Positions 36,581 through 49,750 of a stretch of 64,000 bases of DNA are shown piece by piece. Position 1 is the stretch's first letter. Every line of letters begins with the position of its first letter. Origin of the DNA: Kudoa neothunni (lineage: Eukaryota; Animalia; Cnidaria); NCBI GenBank assembly GCA_964304625.1, contig OZ199838.1:14147061-14211060 (forward strand), read 5' to 3'. The translations under genes and the position numbers were made by a program. The notes under the pieces are model-generated. The model made no database searches. It saw only the letters and a list, made by a program, of their open reading frames with translations, and had not been told where the DNA came from.

Positions 36581-38377
36581 TGAAAACAATTTAGAATTTA
36601 CTGGTTCATTGCAAAATAGCGATATAATTATTTTCTCAATATTAAAATGTATCAACATTGATCTCTGAATATCGATAAAAAGATTACATTGGAGAAAACT
36701 AAGTCTCATCAACACACTGACTTGCTTGGCCAAATCTATTCCAGTAGTTGTAATAATTTACTTTTGTCTATTATTTTGAACACTCTACTTTATAATAATA
36801 TTCTTAATATTTGTTGGCTTTATCATCTTATTTCTCTAACTAAAATATTTTTAGTTAATAAGAGACGGAAAGCTACTTATATTTGTTCAAAATATGTTTA
36901 GTTCAGATAATAGATTAAATTCTATTAAATTAATTAACAATAAATGACTGTAGGTAGTAGGGTAAGATAAATATATTTTAACAAAGTTATTAAATGAATA
37001 TTAAACTACCTAGATTTATTTCAATATTACGCAAAATACTCATTAAGAGAAATATGTAAGTAAATTATATCTAATTTACCGTTATATATTTAAGTCGGGG
37101 TTGTACCATAGCTCCCCTTTCAATAAGAAATATATACGTCATGTCCGGAAATTTAATTAGATCTGAAACTATGTAGTATACAAACGATTAAAATCATTAT
37201 TTATTAGTTAATATGCAGACGTAGCGTACCCACAAATAAATAGATTAAATGGTGGTTACGTCCGCTATAATAATTAATTCGATGACAATTTAGTGAGCTA
37301 ACTTGTAAAAATCCATTTATCAAATAACTTAACTTAATCAGCTGTTTTTAATACAAATAAATTCTAAAACACTTTTTCAGACAAATTTCGTTTTAAGGGT
37401 GAATTTATAGAATTAATTATTAGACATTCTATTTATCACAAATGGAATAGAAAGTATACCATATTTTCGGATACGTATCAAGTACAGTTGCGATAATTAT
37501 GTAGAACAGCGCTTCCTAATTGGTAGGGGATGAACTATGGGTTGATATGGGGATGGATGCAAAATTGGATTACATTTGGAAATAATTTTTAAGGAATTTT
37601 TCATGTAATTTATCGACTTGGCAGCGTGAAAATCGTAAAAACTTAATGAATACATAGTTGTTTTTTTATTTTTATATAATATAGAAATATCTTGCAAAAT
37701 GCTATAAATCCGAAAAATTTATGAAGAAACTGTTTAGTTTAAATATTTTCAGCTCTTTTATCATTAGAGAACCGCGCGGATGTAGAACAATCCTAATGAT
37801 CTAATCGATATCATAAAAGACTGATCACTGTGTTTACCTAATAATGTAACGTCAGAAAATAGAGTAAAAATTTCATTGTATATAATTTAAGAGGTTGAAC
37901 TTTCGTGTAAGTCCTCTATCATTCCGCCGCATTTAAATAATTAAAACTATTATATGTACCACCTTTTCAAGTTCTTAAGGTGGCATCAGTCTTATCCTCG
38001 CTATTTCTAAGGAGGTAATTTCATATCTGAGAAATTGAAACATGAATCAATGATACAATCCCAATCAACACCCCCCGGAGCAGACGTATTTTCGGCGAAA
38101 CAAAATCAAATCACAAAATAAGAAGCTCAAACGCTCACTATTTATGCAATCAACAACCAAACTACAAACTTAAGACCAACAAAATTTTCGGAAGAATACA
38201 AAAATTCTCATTGGATAAACAATCGAGACTGTTAGAGTAAAAGTACAAAATGAGAAAACAATGCCACAGGAAAAAACACCAGCTAAAATATAACAAAAAA
38301 TGATCGCATTCAAATGTGGCATATTTTAAATTGACATACAAAGTTGAATTGAAAACGATAAATTTTTGTTATGTTTG

Positions 38378-38986
38378 CTAATTGAACTTTCTAAACAATG
38401 GAAAATCGTTATAATATTCTGGATGTTTAGCATGACGATTGATGAAACCAAATCTCCTAGCTCGTTCGATTTCTTTGTGCACGGCTTTGTGCTTTGCAAG
38501 ACACAACCCTAAAATAAAAAATAAACGACCCGGTCTGATCAGTCTGTTCAAGCAACAAAATTACTACCTGTAATATGCATAGGATACATCAAACCAGAAT
38601 ATGGAGATATGAATTGGGAGAGTAGTCTAAAATTCTACCATCGCCAAATCAACGCAATCTCAACCATGCATAATAAAATCACTTTATAATCTGGCACAAT
38701 GTCATACTTACACAAAACACATTCTTGGCGTTTCTTTTTAGATTTTTTATTTAAATCCTTTTAAGGTGTTATTATAACAATAAAGCTAAATTTAAAATTA
38801 AACCTCCACAGCCGTTAACAATTCAGTATCAATTTCTAAAATAACAAGCCATGCAGATACGCTAATTTGAATATAAAGATTACCTATTTCTGACTGCTTA
38901 TCATGCTCCATTGAATTAAGCATTCTTGTTGATCTTAAGTTAGTCAGACCAAAAGAAAAGTTCAAAGGTTTCAAAAGCTTCAGCAT
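38378..38986 (-). CDS. MRPS18C: Mitochondrial ribosomal protein S18C (bS18m)
   Basis: The spliced product contains CVLCKYDIVPDYKNFRLLSQFISPYSGLMYPMHITGLCLAKHKAVHKEIERARRFGFI. The N-terminus is presequence-like. Confidence 0.9.
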
Positions 38987-39149
38987 TCTTAATATGTTAT
39001 CACGTGACTTAAATATTTTGATTTTTTCGCACCCATTTTTTATTTTTCATCTTATAGTTCATTATTTTCCAATGTAATGTAAAATTAATTTTAAACTAGT
39101 TACCAATGACTAAGTTTATTTTCTAGCTTTTTGGAGGAAAATAGTGCAT

Positions 39150-39157
39150 TGCGCATG
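39150..39157. promoter_or_regulatory. NRF-1-like partial motif TGCGCATG upstream of MRPS18C; E-box TCACGTGAC at ~39000
   Basis: Motifs are seen directly; function is inferred. Confidence 0.3.
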
Positions 39158-39497
39158 AACCCTATTTACACACAAATGAGAAATGTAGTATTTACATTTA
39201 CATATTTAACTTTAACTATATTTAAAAAATTAAATATTAGCAACATTTATTGATTCCATATAAATATGTTGAAATTATTTATGATTATATTATTATGAGG
39301 CGACCAAGCTAGTACGTGATAAGAGAGCAGACGTAATGTTAACTTATCAATTTGGACTTTTTGGAGTTATTTTGTAGCTTTAATTAAAATCTTATATCCC
39401 CTATAACTATTCGAGAATCGAAAATCAAAATGCATAAATTCTCGTTGCTGTGTGACTAAACAGTGCGTCGTTTAACATTTTTGACGGCGGCAGATGA

Positions 39498-40781
39498 GAG
39501 GGGTTGGGAATAATCGATTGTTTTTGGTAAAAATCAATTTTTGATCTTGTAATCAATTAATTTGAATTGCACTCTGTCACAATCAATTATTGCAATTATT
39601 AAAATTTTTCCAAAGGTGTATTTCCATACTAATTGTAAATAATTGAAGCTAGATTCTTATTTATCAAATCTATCAGCCTTTAATATTAAAAATTGTTAAT
39701 AACTATAATTTCGTTATAATCATTATTTTCTTAATAGAACTAAAAATATTTTTTCCTTCAAACCAATTAAATATTTTATGAATCCTAAAATTAAACTAAT
39801 AAAATAACGCAAAACGCTAGATTGTATAAAAGACCTTATTAATATCAATTATTTTAACGAAAGCGCTTGTAATAAACAATCATTTTGATTTTAGCTATAA
39901 GAATAAATATGTTCATAAATTATTTTTACTATCTTCAATCTTAATTAATCGAGGTTATAATTGATTTTGTCTTATATTATTGTCGATTATAGAAAAATTA
40001 AATATAAGATAGAGATAAAAACGTGGAAAAATAATAAATGATACATGCTACCATGATATTACCGTTATATAATAATAAAGATAAGAGTAAACAAAAATAT
40101 TTCAAACATGTGAATTTAAGGAGACGATTCAAATTTTTGTTTCAAAAATATAGACTTGGATTAAAATATTTTGTCGACATTAGCCTTATGAATGTAAAAA
40201 TGGGGTATTTAAAGTTTTTAAAGTTGCATAAATTGATATACGAATCTTAAAATATTCGTATTCAATTAGTAACTTGGAAAGAACAAAGTTGATGTTAGAA
40301 ATTTTCGGTTAAAGTATTAATTGGAATAGAAGTTGGTCAATATTTACATTACATTGGAAAATTAGTTTATATAATAGAAGACTTTTAAGAATTAGTCGTT
40401 AGCACTAATCAAAATTATGTCATGTGAATCTGACATTAGATACGATGATGCATTATCTGATCCAAATGAAGTAGAAAAAGACAAATATATTTACCCTATG
40501 ATTAAGAGAAAAATCGTTTATCTATAAAATATCTTTTATAGAGTTAAGACAAATGGATGTAGATTATAATTTAAACAAGAATGAAAATCGAAAAATTATC
40601 AATCATTAAAGACAAGATGCTGCAAAATATATAACGCAGGTGAATTAATTCAATTAGAATAAAAACAATTACAATAAAAAAGAATTTCCATCATAGTTTA
40701 TTAATTAAAATTATCATAGTTGCAATTAATCATTTAAATTCAATCAATTGATTGAACGCAATTAATTTTTTCCAACCCCTG
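39498..40781. mobile_element. TIR-bounded hAT-like remnant
   Basis: Inverted ends AGGGGTTGGGAA and TTCCAACCCCTG, with repeated AATCAATT motifs near both ends. No TSD recognised. Confidence 0.5.
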
Positions 40782-41240
40782 AAGAGTGTACGTTGACTGC
40801 TGTGTCGTTGGAGGTGCATCCATAGTTATAGTTCGGTCTAGTGAAAGAAAGTCGGATAGGACGTGGGAATAGTCGGAGACGTATTAGATATTTAAAATCT
40901 TGTTCCTCAAGCTTCTAAAAACCACATCCCTCGAAACTTGGTGGGTTAGGTTTAGTTAGGGCCCCATATTTTAAGGTAAGGTTATTTAGTGAGTGGGATT
41001 CTCGTAGTACCATAGAACGATGTGGCGAAGGGTAAACTAATATCCGTCAAGTTAGTGAATATGGCCTGCCCAGCCAATCAGAAATCTAAATTTATATAAA
41101 TATGCTAAGCTAAGGGCTTCACGATGTAAAATGAAATAAATTTACATTAGAAACTATTCATAATCAAAAAATATTGTTTATTGCGACTAAATGTTGAACT
41201 TTTTTTAATAAATAGTCGAATTATTGTTTAATATCATTAA

Positions 41241-43490
41241 CCCTCTAAGGTTTTGGGGGTATAATACACCCCAAGGCGACTTTAAAATAAGCATATCATT
41301 CTTCGAAAATAACTGACCAACTGATAGCTCATGATATTCTTGTAAAAACATCATAATATAGGATAATATATGAAAATTAAAAATTTATTGAATATATAGA
41401 CATTTTTATCGGAAGATTATCTTCTAAGGTTTTTAGGGTAAATTTAATACCAGATTTTTTTAAACAAGTGTATTATTTTAGCATAAATTAAAAGTTTCGT
41501 TTGTTTTGAACGGGTAGATGACTACAAAAATCACGCTTAAAATTAAAATAAAAGTTTTTTGAGTTCGCTTACGCAAACCGGGCTGTTGAACATTTAGCAT
41601 GAGCGGTTTCAGTGATGAATGTGGTTCATATGATAGTAAATATGACGATTTTATTATCGAAGATTTTGAAACCAATGAAGAGAGTATTGAAGAGGAAATA
41701 ATCCATAGTAATACTTTAATCAGTAAAAGCAGTATCACATGGAACGATACAAAACCGCCTTCGACAAAAACCATTGCCGCAAATATTATGGAAATCTGCT
41801 CCTGACCCTACTTCGTATGGTTTGTTGAAGATAAAAAAAATTGTTTTTTTTTCAATGATGAAATATACGCAACGATAATAAAGTATATCATCGTGTTTGG
41901 CAGAAAACATTTCAAAGAAGAATGATTTGACATAGATATTATTGAATTAAAAGGTTACTTGAGCCTTCTTATACTGATGTGAACGCATAGGGATCGCCAA
42001 GAACCTTTGTGTGAACTTTCCAGTGTCATGGGAGGCGAAGAGATATACACGACGGTTTTTTCACTCCGTCGTTTCAAACAGATTAATCGATCAATCCATT
42101 TTGATGATCTTGAAACAAGGATTCAGCGAAAATAAACGGAAAAGTTTTGTCCCATACGTGAGATATGGAATAAATGGGTAACTATATTGCACAGGTGCTT
42201 TGTTCCAAACCAAGATGTAACGAAAGATGAACAACTTGCGTCATTTAGGGGAAGATGACCCTTCAAACAATATTTGCAAATGAAACAGGCAAAGTATGGT
42301 TTAAATTTTTCATGTTGGCTGATCCGATCTCGAACTGTCTTGAATATCAGCATCTATTGGGGAAGAACAATTCCGACAACACAAGACAATATAACCTTGT
42401 TGAAAGCATAGTTGTCTCTTTGTCAACACCTCTTTTTTATTCTGACCGAAGCGTGGTGGCTGACAATTCTTTTCATCATTTTCGCTCGTCGAAAAATTGA
42501 CGGATAAAAATCGTATTCTCATGGAAACGACGAGAAAAAATAAAAAGGAAATCCCAAGCTGTCTACTTCCTTCTCCGAAATAACATATTTATAGTAGCCT
42601 TTTTTGTATTTTACAAAAATTGCATGATGGTTTCATATGTATGCAAAAAATCGAAGGCTGTCATTCCTCTGACAAGTGGCATTACAGACGACTCTGTATC
42701 GAATGAAAAGTTTAAATTCAAATCCATCGTTATATTGAATTATAACCAAACTTAAGATGGCGTTGATAACAGATAGAATGCTTGTATCTGTTTCAGTTCG
42801 TAGGTTTACTAGGAAAAGGCCCATGATAATGTTTTTTAATATGGTTGACCTGGCCTTAGTTAATGCGTTTGCTTTATACAAGGATATTTTAAGTGATTCA
42901 GAGAAGAACACGCGTGCATTTCTGGAAGAAATTGCTCAATGTCTACGATCCTCGTCTCTCTAGAAATATGCCAACCAGAATCATAAAGAACATATCAAAA
43001 GGTAATCGTTTTCCGAAGAGTGCACCTCCCAGCAGTCTGTGGCAATGTAGACGTGAGAGATGTGAGCATTATGAAAGAAAAAAGACCGTAAAACATCGCA
43101 ATGGTGCAAATCTTGTTTCAAATATCACTGCCCGCACCATTCATTTAACACTTGTTTTAAATGTAAAAAATAGCGTCTATTATCATTAGATATATTGTTT
43201 CCCCTTGTGATTAATGTATAGTAGGCTAATATTCTTAGAAACAAAAACTAATGTTATATCTCAACTACCGACCGATTATATACGAATTGGGCGTATGGGT
43301 GGAATAAATCGGATTCGAATTGGATTAATGCGTATATATCGTTATGTATTTATAGGGGTTTCTCCCAAAAGATTCGCTTTATAATTTACAGATAATATTT
43401 ATGTAATTTTTTCGTATATTCCACAAATAAAAATGTGGGGTTAATTACATCCCAAAAACTTTAGTGATCAATTTTTGGATCATTAAAGGG
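41241..43490 (+). mobile_element. piggyBac element, degenerate transposase
   Basis: TTAA-CCCTCTAAGG ... TTAAAGGG-TTAA. Fragments read VTKDEQLASFRGR, QYLQMKQAKYGLNF, VVADNSF and FFNMVDLALVNAFALY. Its ends are related to the 15182-18057 element. Confidence 0.92.
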
Positions 43491-43929
43491 TTAAAAAATT
43501 AAAAAGTTGGCCTACTTAATTTTTTTGTTTCTTTCAAATTATGAATTAACTTTGGTGAATAAATTATCGTAGGATAAATAATTACCAAAATATTGTTTAA
43601 TTTTGCTCGAAAATATCCTAAATATAGATTATATCACTTCCTATAGCATGAGGTGTCGTATTTCTATACATTTTTTACGCCAAAATGATTCGATTTTGGC
43701 CTAAAGATAACCTATTATTGATTTTAATATTAAAGTTAGAGTCCAGGGGTAGTAGATAATTAAGCAATCAAGAGTTTTTATTAATATTAACAAAATTATT
43801 TAATCAAACATAGAAAATCATTAAAGTAGTTGGAACAATTTTTATATAAGAAAGCCTATATAAACTCCAAAAAGATGTAAACATTATTTTGAAAAATGAA
43901 TATAATTTCAGTCTCATTCGATAAATATG

Positions 43930-44900
43930 ACTAAAAAGATATAGGCACATTTCAGGCATTTTAACAAGTTATAATATTCCATGCAAAGTTTACTGCGAAA
44001 ATTAAAATATTAAAAAACTCTACGAATATCTTACATCGTTTTAGGATGTGGTGTATAGGATAATGCAACCAAATCTTTCTTTTATGGCAACAATTTATAG
44101 TATTAAATTATGAGTTTTATTAAAAATGGTCGTAATCATTTCTTTGTAAATATATCAATAATGTTTGAAGAGTAATTCTATAACTTACAAATATTGGTAT
44201 ATGTGGCAAACTTTAAGGGAGATGCAATATCTCTTGTAAATATGGTTTTATCTGTCGTAGGATTGCTCCAACGAGCAGATTCAATCTTTTAAGTACACTC
44301 CACTCATTCGTTAATGGATCCTCTTTTTTAATATCTAGTAAAAATTCATTTTAATTAATTATCACTCTGAAGTAAACAACGATAAACCATAAGTAAGTAA
44401 TTTTTTATTTTTGTTAAGTAGAGCAAAAGAAAAGTCCTTATTCCTGGCTACAATATTGGTTATATTAATATTTAAAGTGAATAATCGAATTTTTTGATCT
44501 TATAATCCTTTCATATGCACATCAAAAGCTGTATTTGAAAAAATTTCCCTCCACCACATCCGCATATGTGAGCACACTAAGATAGATAAATGGACAAAAG
44601 ATTTTATAAATATTAATGTGGATTAAAATTAAGTATTAAGATATACTTAATTATAAAAAGAAGTATTAACGAGTTTTTTCAGTTTCAGGATCAATCCTAT
44701 TGACATTGACAATGTTCATATTGCCTTTAATTGTGTTAATAATAATTTTAATTGTCCATTCTATGTAACCTACGCAATAAATATACTGTATATAACAATA
44801 ACTATTTCTGTGTATAATTTGACAATCCAAAGACAATAATGTTGGTAAAAATTAATATTCTTAGGGTTAATCACAAACTACAGATTTAATAGAAAACATT
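43930..44900 (-). pseudogene. Possible degenerate multi-exon gene of unknown function
   Basis: Exon-like blocks are bounded by AG/GT (e.g. YIEWTIKIIINTIKGNMNIVNVNRIDPETEKT; DIKKEDPLTNEWSVLKR), but I found no consistent open model. Confidence 0.25.
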
Positions 44901-45305
44901 TTATTAATTAATCGAGTGACTTTTTCTATTTCTTAGTCAAAAAGCGGATAGTTTGTAAGTATTGTGAAATGCGGAGAATATGCTATCGCCAAATTAAAAA
45001 GCCACTATCGAAATTTTCCTCCCTGATTTCACTAATTTTGGAAATTTTAACTTTATAAAATATAATTAATAAGTCACAATGTATTAAAAACTGAATAAAA
45101 TATAAAGTATTATCACCTTAGAAGTCATTCATATTTAATTATATTAAATAATTGTCATTTCTAAGCAATCCGACCAAAAACAAACATAATGTTGCTAACT
45201 AGTGAAAGCTAATTAAAATTTAAATAGACGTTAATTTGATTTATGAGTCTGAGTTGTAGAATCTGTTTAAGTTACTTGAATGTGGCGTCTATAACGCCGG
45301 TAAAT

Positions 45306-46014
45306 ATGTCGGCTGTAAACTCTACCAGAAGATGCAAGGTTGACGTCGAAAGAAATGATAGCAATGTCCCACTCGAAAAAGAGTCACTACCAATGGTGTA
45401 ATTGATCGATCAGCACATTTATTGTAAAATCTCCGCACATTTAGACAGCAAAATACTGAAGAATACATAGTATGTACCGAAAGTAATAACACTAATAAAT
45501 TCATTCGCCCTTGCAAATGTAAGGGTTCGACTGGATACGCTCATGAGAACTGTTTGCTCTCGATGATATCAGATTTGAAATCAGCCAAGTGCATTGTGTG
45601 TGGTGAAGAATATTTTGTGGATAAGAAATTCAAGTCAATTCGTGAAGTAATGGCATATTGAGATATTTGAACTACAATGTTCTTTAGTGGGAGCGCATAC
45701 CAACTAAATTGGTTGTCCGATTAACTCTCAATGTGTTGGGATTTCTAGCTTTTATCACCCTCATACTTTTACGTTATTTTGGTGTGATACCCACCTCAAC
45801 CAGAGCTTGGAAGGTTCTAACAGGAATTGTCTTTATTTATTTTTTTGCCTACCCACTGTTTGCGCTCATACATTTTGTGAGAGATATTCCAGAATTATTT
45901 AATTATGTACAGAGGAATAAATCCTATGCGGTTATCGACAATTTCACCCTAACCAAGCAGGAAATCGATAACCACTTTCAAGTTCAAAATGAGGCATCAC
46001 CCTTGGTCACCTAA
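45306..46014 (+). CDS. MARCH-like RING-CH membrane E3 ligase (2 TM), atypical RING
   Basis: YIVC...FIRPCKCKGSTGYAHENCL...KCIVCGEEY, followed by two hydrophobic helices; 3 exons. Confidence 0.85.
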
Positions 46015-46146
46015 TTGAAATTTTCGCCGCTATTTCACTATCCATCTATTTACAAACCCAAATTCAGTTATAACAACGAAATTTTAATTTTATCAAGTAC
46101 AATTTCGTTTTTCTTTGTAAAAAAATAATAATTCTATCAAAAAATT

Positions 46147-46854
46147 CTATGCTATATTTGACTTTAACAATTGGATCCTAGAAGGAGGCCAAATGATAGC
46201 AAAAGGTTTTCCAATGACCAATCCTAAACTAATCTACTCAACGAGTTAAAAAATTAGAATGAGAAACCAATAGTATGAGTTTACAGGTCCAAAATGTCGG
46301 CTATCACAGCTGATCGATTTGTTGTCTCCTTCCACCCAAACATGGCCAGGTGGCACAATTGTTTTATGTTTAAGATCCCATGAACTAAAGAATCAATACA
46401 GAAATGAGACAGCTGTAATATTTATATATGTAGTCACCTGGCAATTTCTCCATTAATGTGTAACAATCTTTTTATGAAAAAATTATCACCTACCGAATTA
46501 GGAGACCTATCACAAATATTTAAAATTATCTAAGTCCAAAAGTGCTACTTGAAAATAACAATATCATTTTTTCTGATATTTTTGTAATCTGGTCTAATAT
46601 GTTTGGATACTATTAAAACATCATTAAATTTTTTGTCCGGAGGATTAAATGTGGGCTAGATAATGTGATAGAAGCTATAAAGGAATCCGACCAACTAGTT
46701 CTACCTCCATACTGGTACCATCGACAATAGCAAATGAAAATATATTATCCTTGACATAAATTACGCTACAAACAAATACAATAAGTCGTTTGAAATTTTT
46801 TGGAGGTGAAACGGTGGATAATAATGATCGAAAACTACGTTTACCATAGTTCAT
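46147..46854 (-). CDS. IMMP2L: Mitochondrial inner membrane peptidase subunit 2 (S26 family)
   Basis: Spliced product: AIVDGTSMEPTFNP, KNDIVIFK, FIKRL, VPPGHVWVEGDN, DSRHFGPISLGL and IIWPPSR. Missed by the ORF track because the exons are short. Confidence 0.9.
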
Positions 46855-46866
46855 TCCTAAAAATAT

Positions 46867-46878
46867 TGCGCACGCGCG
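46867..46878. promoter_or_regulatory. Perfect NRF-1 consensus TGCGCACGCGCG, 12 bp upstream of the IMMP2L ATG
   Basis: Exact match to YGCGCAYGCGCR. Confidence 0.55.
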
Positions 46879-46887
46879 GTTAAAAAA

Positions 46888-49510
46888 TTAAATAAACATC
46901 CCATTCATTAGCGAAAACAAAACTTTCATTATATTCATCTTTCTGTCGTTAATATTTTTAATTCTTAAAATTGAATAATAAAAATTGTCATAGCACGATA
47001 GCATTACATTAATATGGTATGTCTGATGGTGTAATAGACATTATTTCAGTAAATTCGTAATATTTCTTAATTTTTTTATAAATTATAAGTTTTTCAGTAT
47101 CAACAAAATATTCAATGTTACAAGTTTTTATATTGTCACGTGACAATAGTTTGAAAAATTTTAGAAATCCAAAAATATCGTATTCATTCGAATCCATTAT
47201 TATCATTATTTGGCAGATTTTAATCTGATAATTTTTCGACTTAATAAATTCATTCAATGAAAAAGGTTTTCTAAATTTTTGTTGAAGCTAAATTATTTCA
47301 ACAAAAAATCCAGTCATAAAACCATATATAAATATGATTATAATTAGGTTTTGCCGTTTTCGGCGTTTATATTTAAAAAATTCGACGACTAAAATCGAAG
47401 TTTATTTTAGTTGATTCATCGATGCGTGCATTAACAAACTCTAAACCGAAAAAAATTTGGATCAAGATCCCCACTAAAAACTTTTCTTTTTAAATAGCGA
47501 TATCGAGAGAACGTCGAGAATGATAACAGAATCTAGATTTTCGACAATTTTGCCATTTTTTATCTCTAAATAAATAACTAGTTGAGATATGTGCCGAAAT
47601 GTTTCTTTAACGAAGATTGATTCTTTCACTTTATTTTCTTGTAAATTCTATTTATTGTAGAGATAATATCATTTTGCAATATTTACAGACTAATTCATTC
47701 ACCATCTTCTCCATGTCGATCCATTCAACAAGAAAACTATAAAATTTTGTTCGGTTACTACCTATTTCAAATTTTTCAGAATATTTCGAATATGTCCGGA
47801 AAATAAATGACGAAACTTTTAAAAATTCGACGACTAAAATCGATTTTAATCGAAAACTGCGATTCCTACTTATAATACTAACGAGAATCAATTAACAAGT
47901 AAAAATTTAACTCATGATGTTTTAACAAATTAAATTATCTAATTAATAATATTAAAATATTGAAAGAATATTTTTAGTGGAATTCATAGTTAAAATTATC
48001 ATGATCAATATTATAATGCAGGGATTGGCAAAGACCGGCTGGAGAGGAGGTCGTTGATAAAGTAAAATTGTTTTTTTATTAGATAGTACTTGTATAATTT
48101 CCTTATTTTTATAATCGATCTTTTCAGCATACAAAGAAGCATAATGGTCATATAAACGAAATTAATTAAATATTATCCGTCTTTTTATGAATATAAATGT
48201 GTAAAGAACAAAACAAATTTCCAATCTATTTATAACGATTGTGTGATACTTGTCTTATTGTAACGAATGATGGCGTTTAATTATTGTTCTTTGTTATTAC
48301 TACCTATCATTTAAGTATAGAAAATATTGCAATTAGTATAAATAGAATCAGGTAAATTTTGAAATAAAAAAACAATACAAAAATAATCATTTCTTCATAA
48401 ATAATGTCGACTGTTTGTTATAATTTTCTCACAGCACAATGAAATAGCATAATTTTAAATATCAAATTATGAATTTACTAGGCCAAATTTCGGTTGTATT
48501 GAATATAAATGGATTAAGCCAATTTCCGATTAGAATGTGAAATACTCATTACAACTAAAGGTTTTATACATTCTGACCCTGACCCGCCTTCTAATTTTGC
48601 ATGATTATCCGATCGAACTTAGCTCGAAATCCCAATTACTTGAATATGTTTTCTAGCTTGTTCGCAAAAAATCATATTAGCAACTTTTTCGATATGCTCG
48701 TTATTTATCCGTTGTATAGACTTAATGTCTATTATTAAAGATTCCCGACTTCTGATAAATAGACCAAAATAGTTATCACCTCAAAAAATTAAAGCGTAGA
48801 TATGATTAATTGCCGAAATTAATCATATTTATTTTGAGACGAAAAAAACCTTTCTACACATTAATAAGAATTCCAACCTGGCTATTATCTGCTCTAATAA
48901 ATATTCTACATTTGAAATAACGGGAATAACCAGCAACATCATTATTTGAGCATTTGATGATTTTATTCGAATAAATGGATTATTTGGAATTAGCGAAATA
49001 TCATTACTTTCGAATTGCCACAATTTATAGTGATGAATAATCCGTCGATTCGAGGAAATTGAATGGTAAATATACGGCTGGATTAAACCACCGTACTTAG
49101 CTGATTTGGAAGGCACCGGATTAAAGAATTATCTCTGAAAGCAGCTGATAGAATTAATCGAAAATGGTATTTATTTGGTGGTTGATTCTCGACAGTTATA
49201 GAGCAGGTATGAACAACAGAATATACCTGCGCAATAAATTTCAACTGAAGCTCACATTAAATTTTAGGTTAATTTATATTGGCCAATTCGAATATCGAGC
49301 ATCCTCGGATTGTGTGTAGAAACTCGACGGTTTCAATATAATTGTGTGATGTTAGACTAATAATTATTTATTTGGAATGGGATTATACAATATCAGAAAT
49401 ATTCGAAATAGAATAAGACACGGTCAAACGATTCAAAATGAATTGAATTCCCTAATGAATCTAGATTAAGAATGATGTTTATGTCCCGCATTCCCACTCA
49501 AGATTTCCAT
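46888..49510 (-). CDS. Divergent multi-exon protein, FERM-domain-like (tentative; boundaries uncertain)
   Basis: NVEYLLEQIIAR...DNYFGLFI resembles the FERM F1 lobe. YDIFGF and DTEKLIIYKKIKKYYEFTEIMSI resemble the F2 end and F3 lobe. The full exon chain was not resolved. Confidence 0.45.
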
Positions 49511-49750
49511 TAGTTTGGCTTCTTAGTTCAGGTTATTGTGTGCCGATTTTCCAGATTTCGCCGCAACACAACCCTTTATTAATCTGTATCTGTCGATAAA
49601 CAACGACACCATACATAATATACAATTATATCACTGACTTTAATTGTTCGGCAATACCTAACGATCATTCGTAATCATTGTTGAGTACACCCGAGAATAT
49701 TTTCAGAAGGGAGTTACACCGTATTGTACTTTGTAAATTAACAAATATTC

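Noticed and set aside
40940-40965. Telomere-like GGGTTAGGTTTAGTTAGGG
   Set aside because: Only ~3 degenerate units inside a TE island; not an array.
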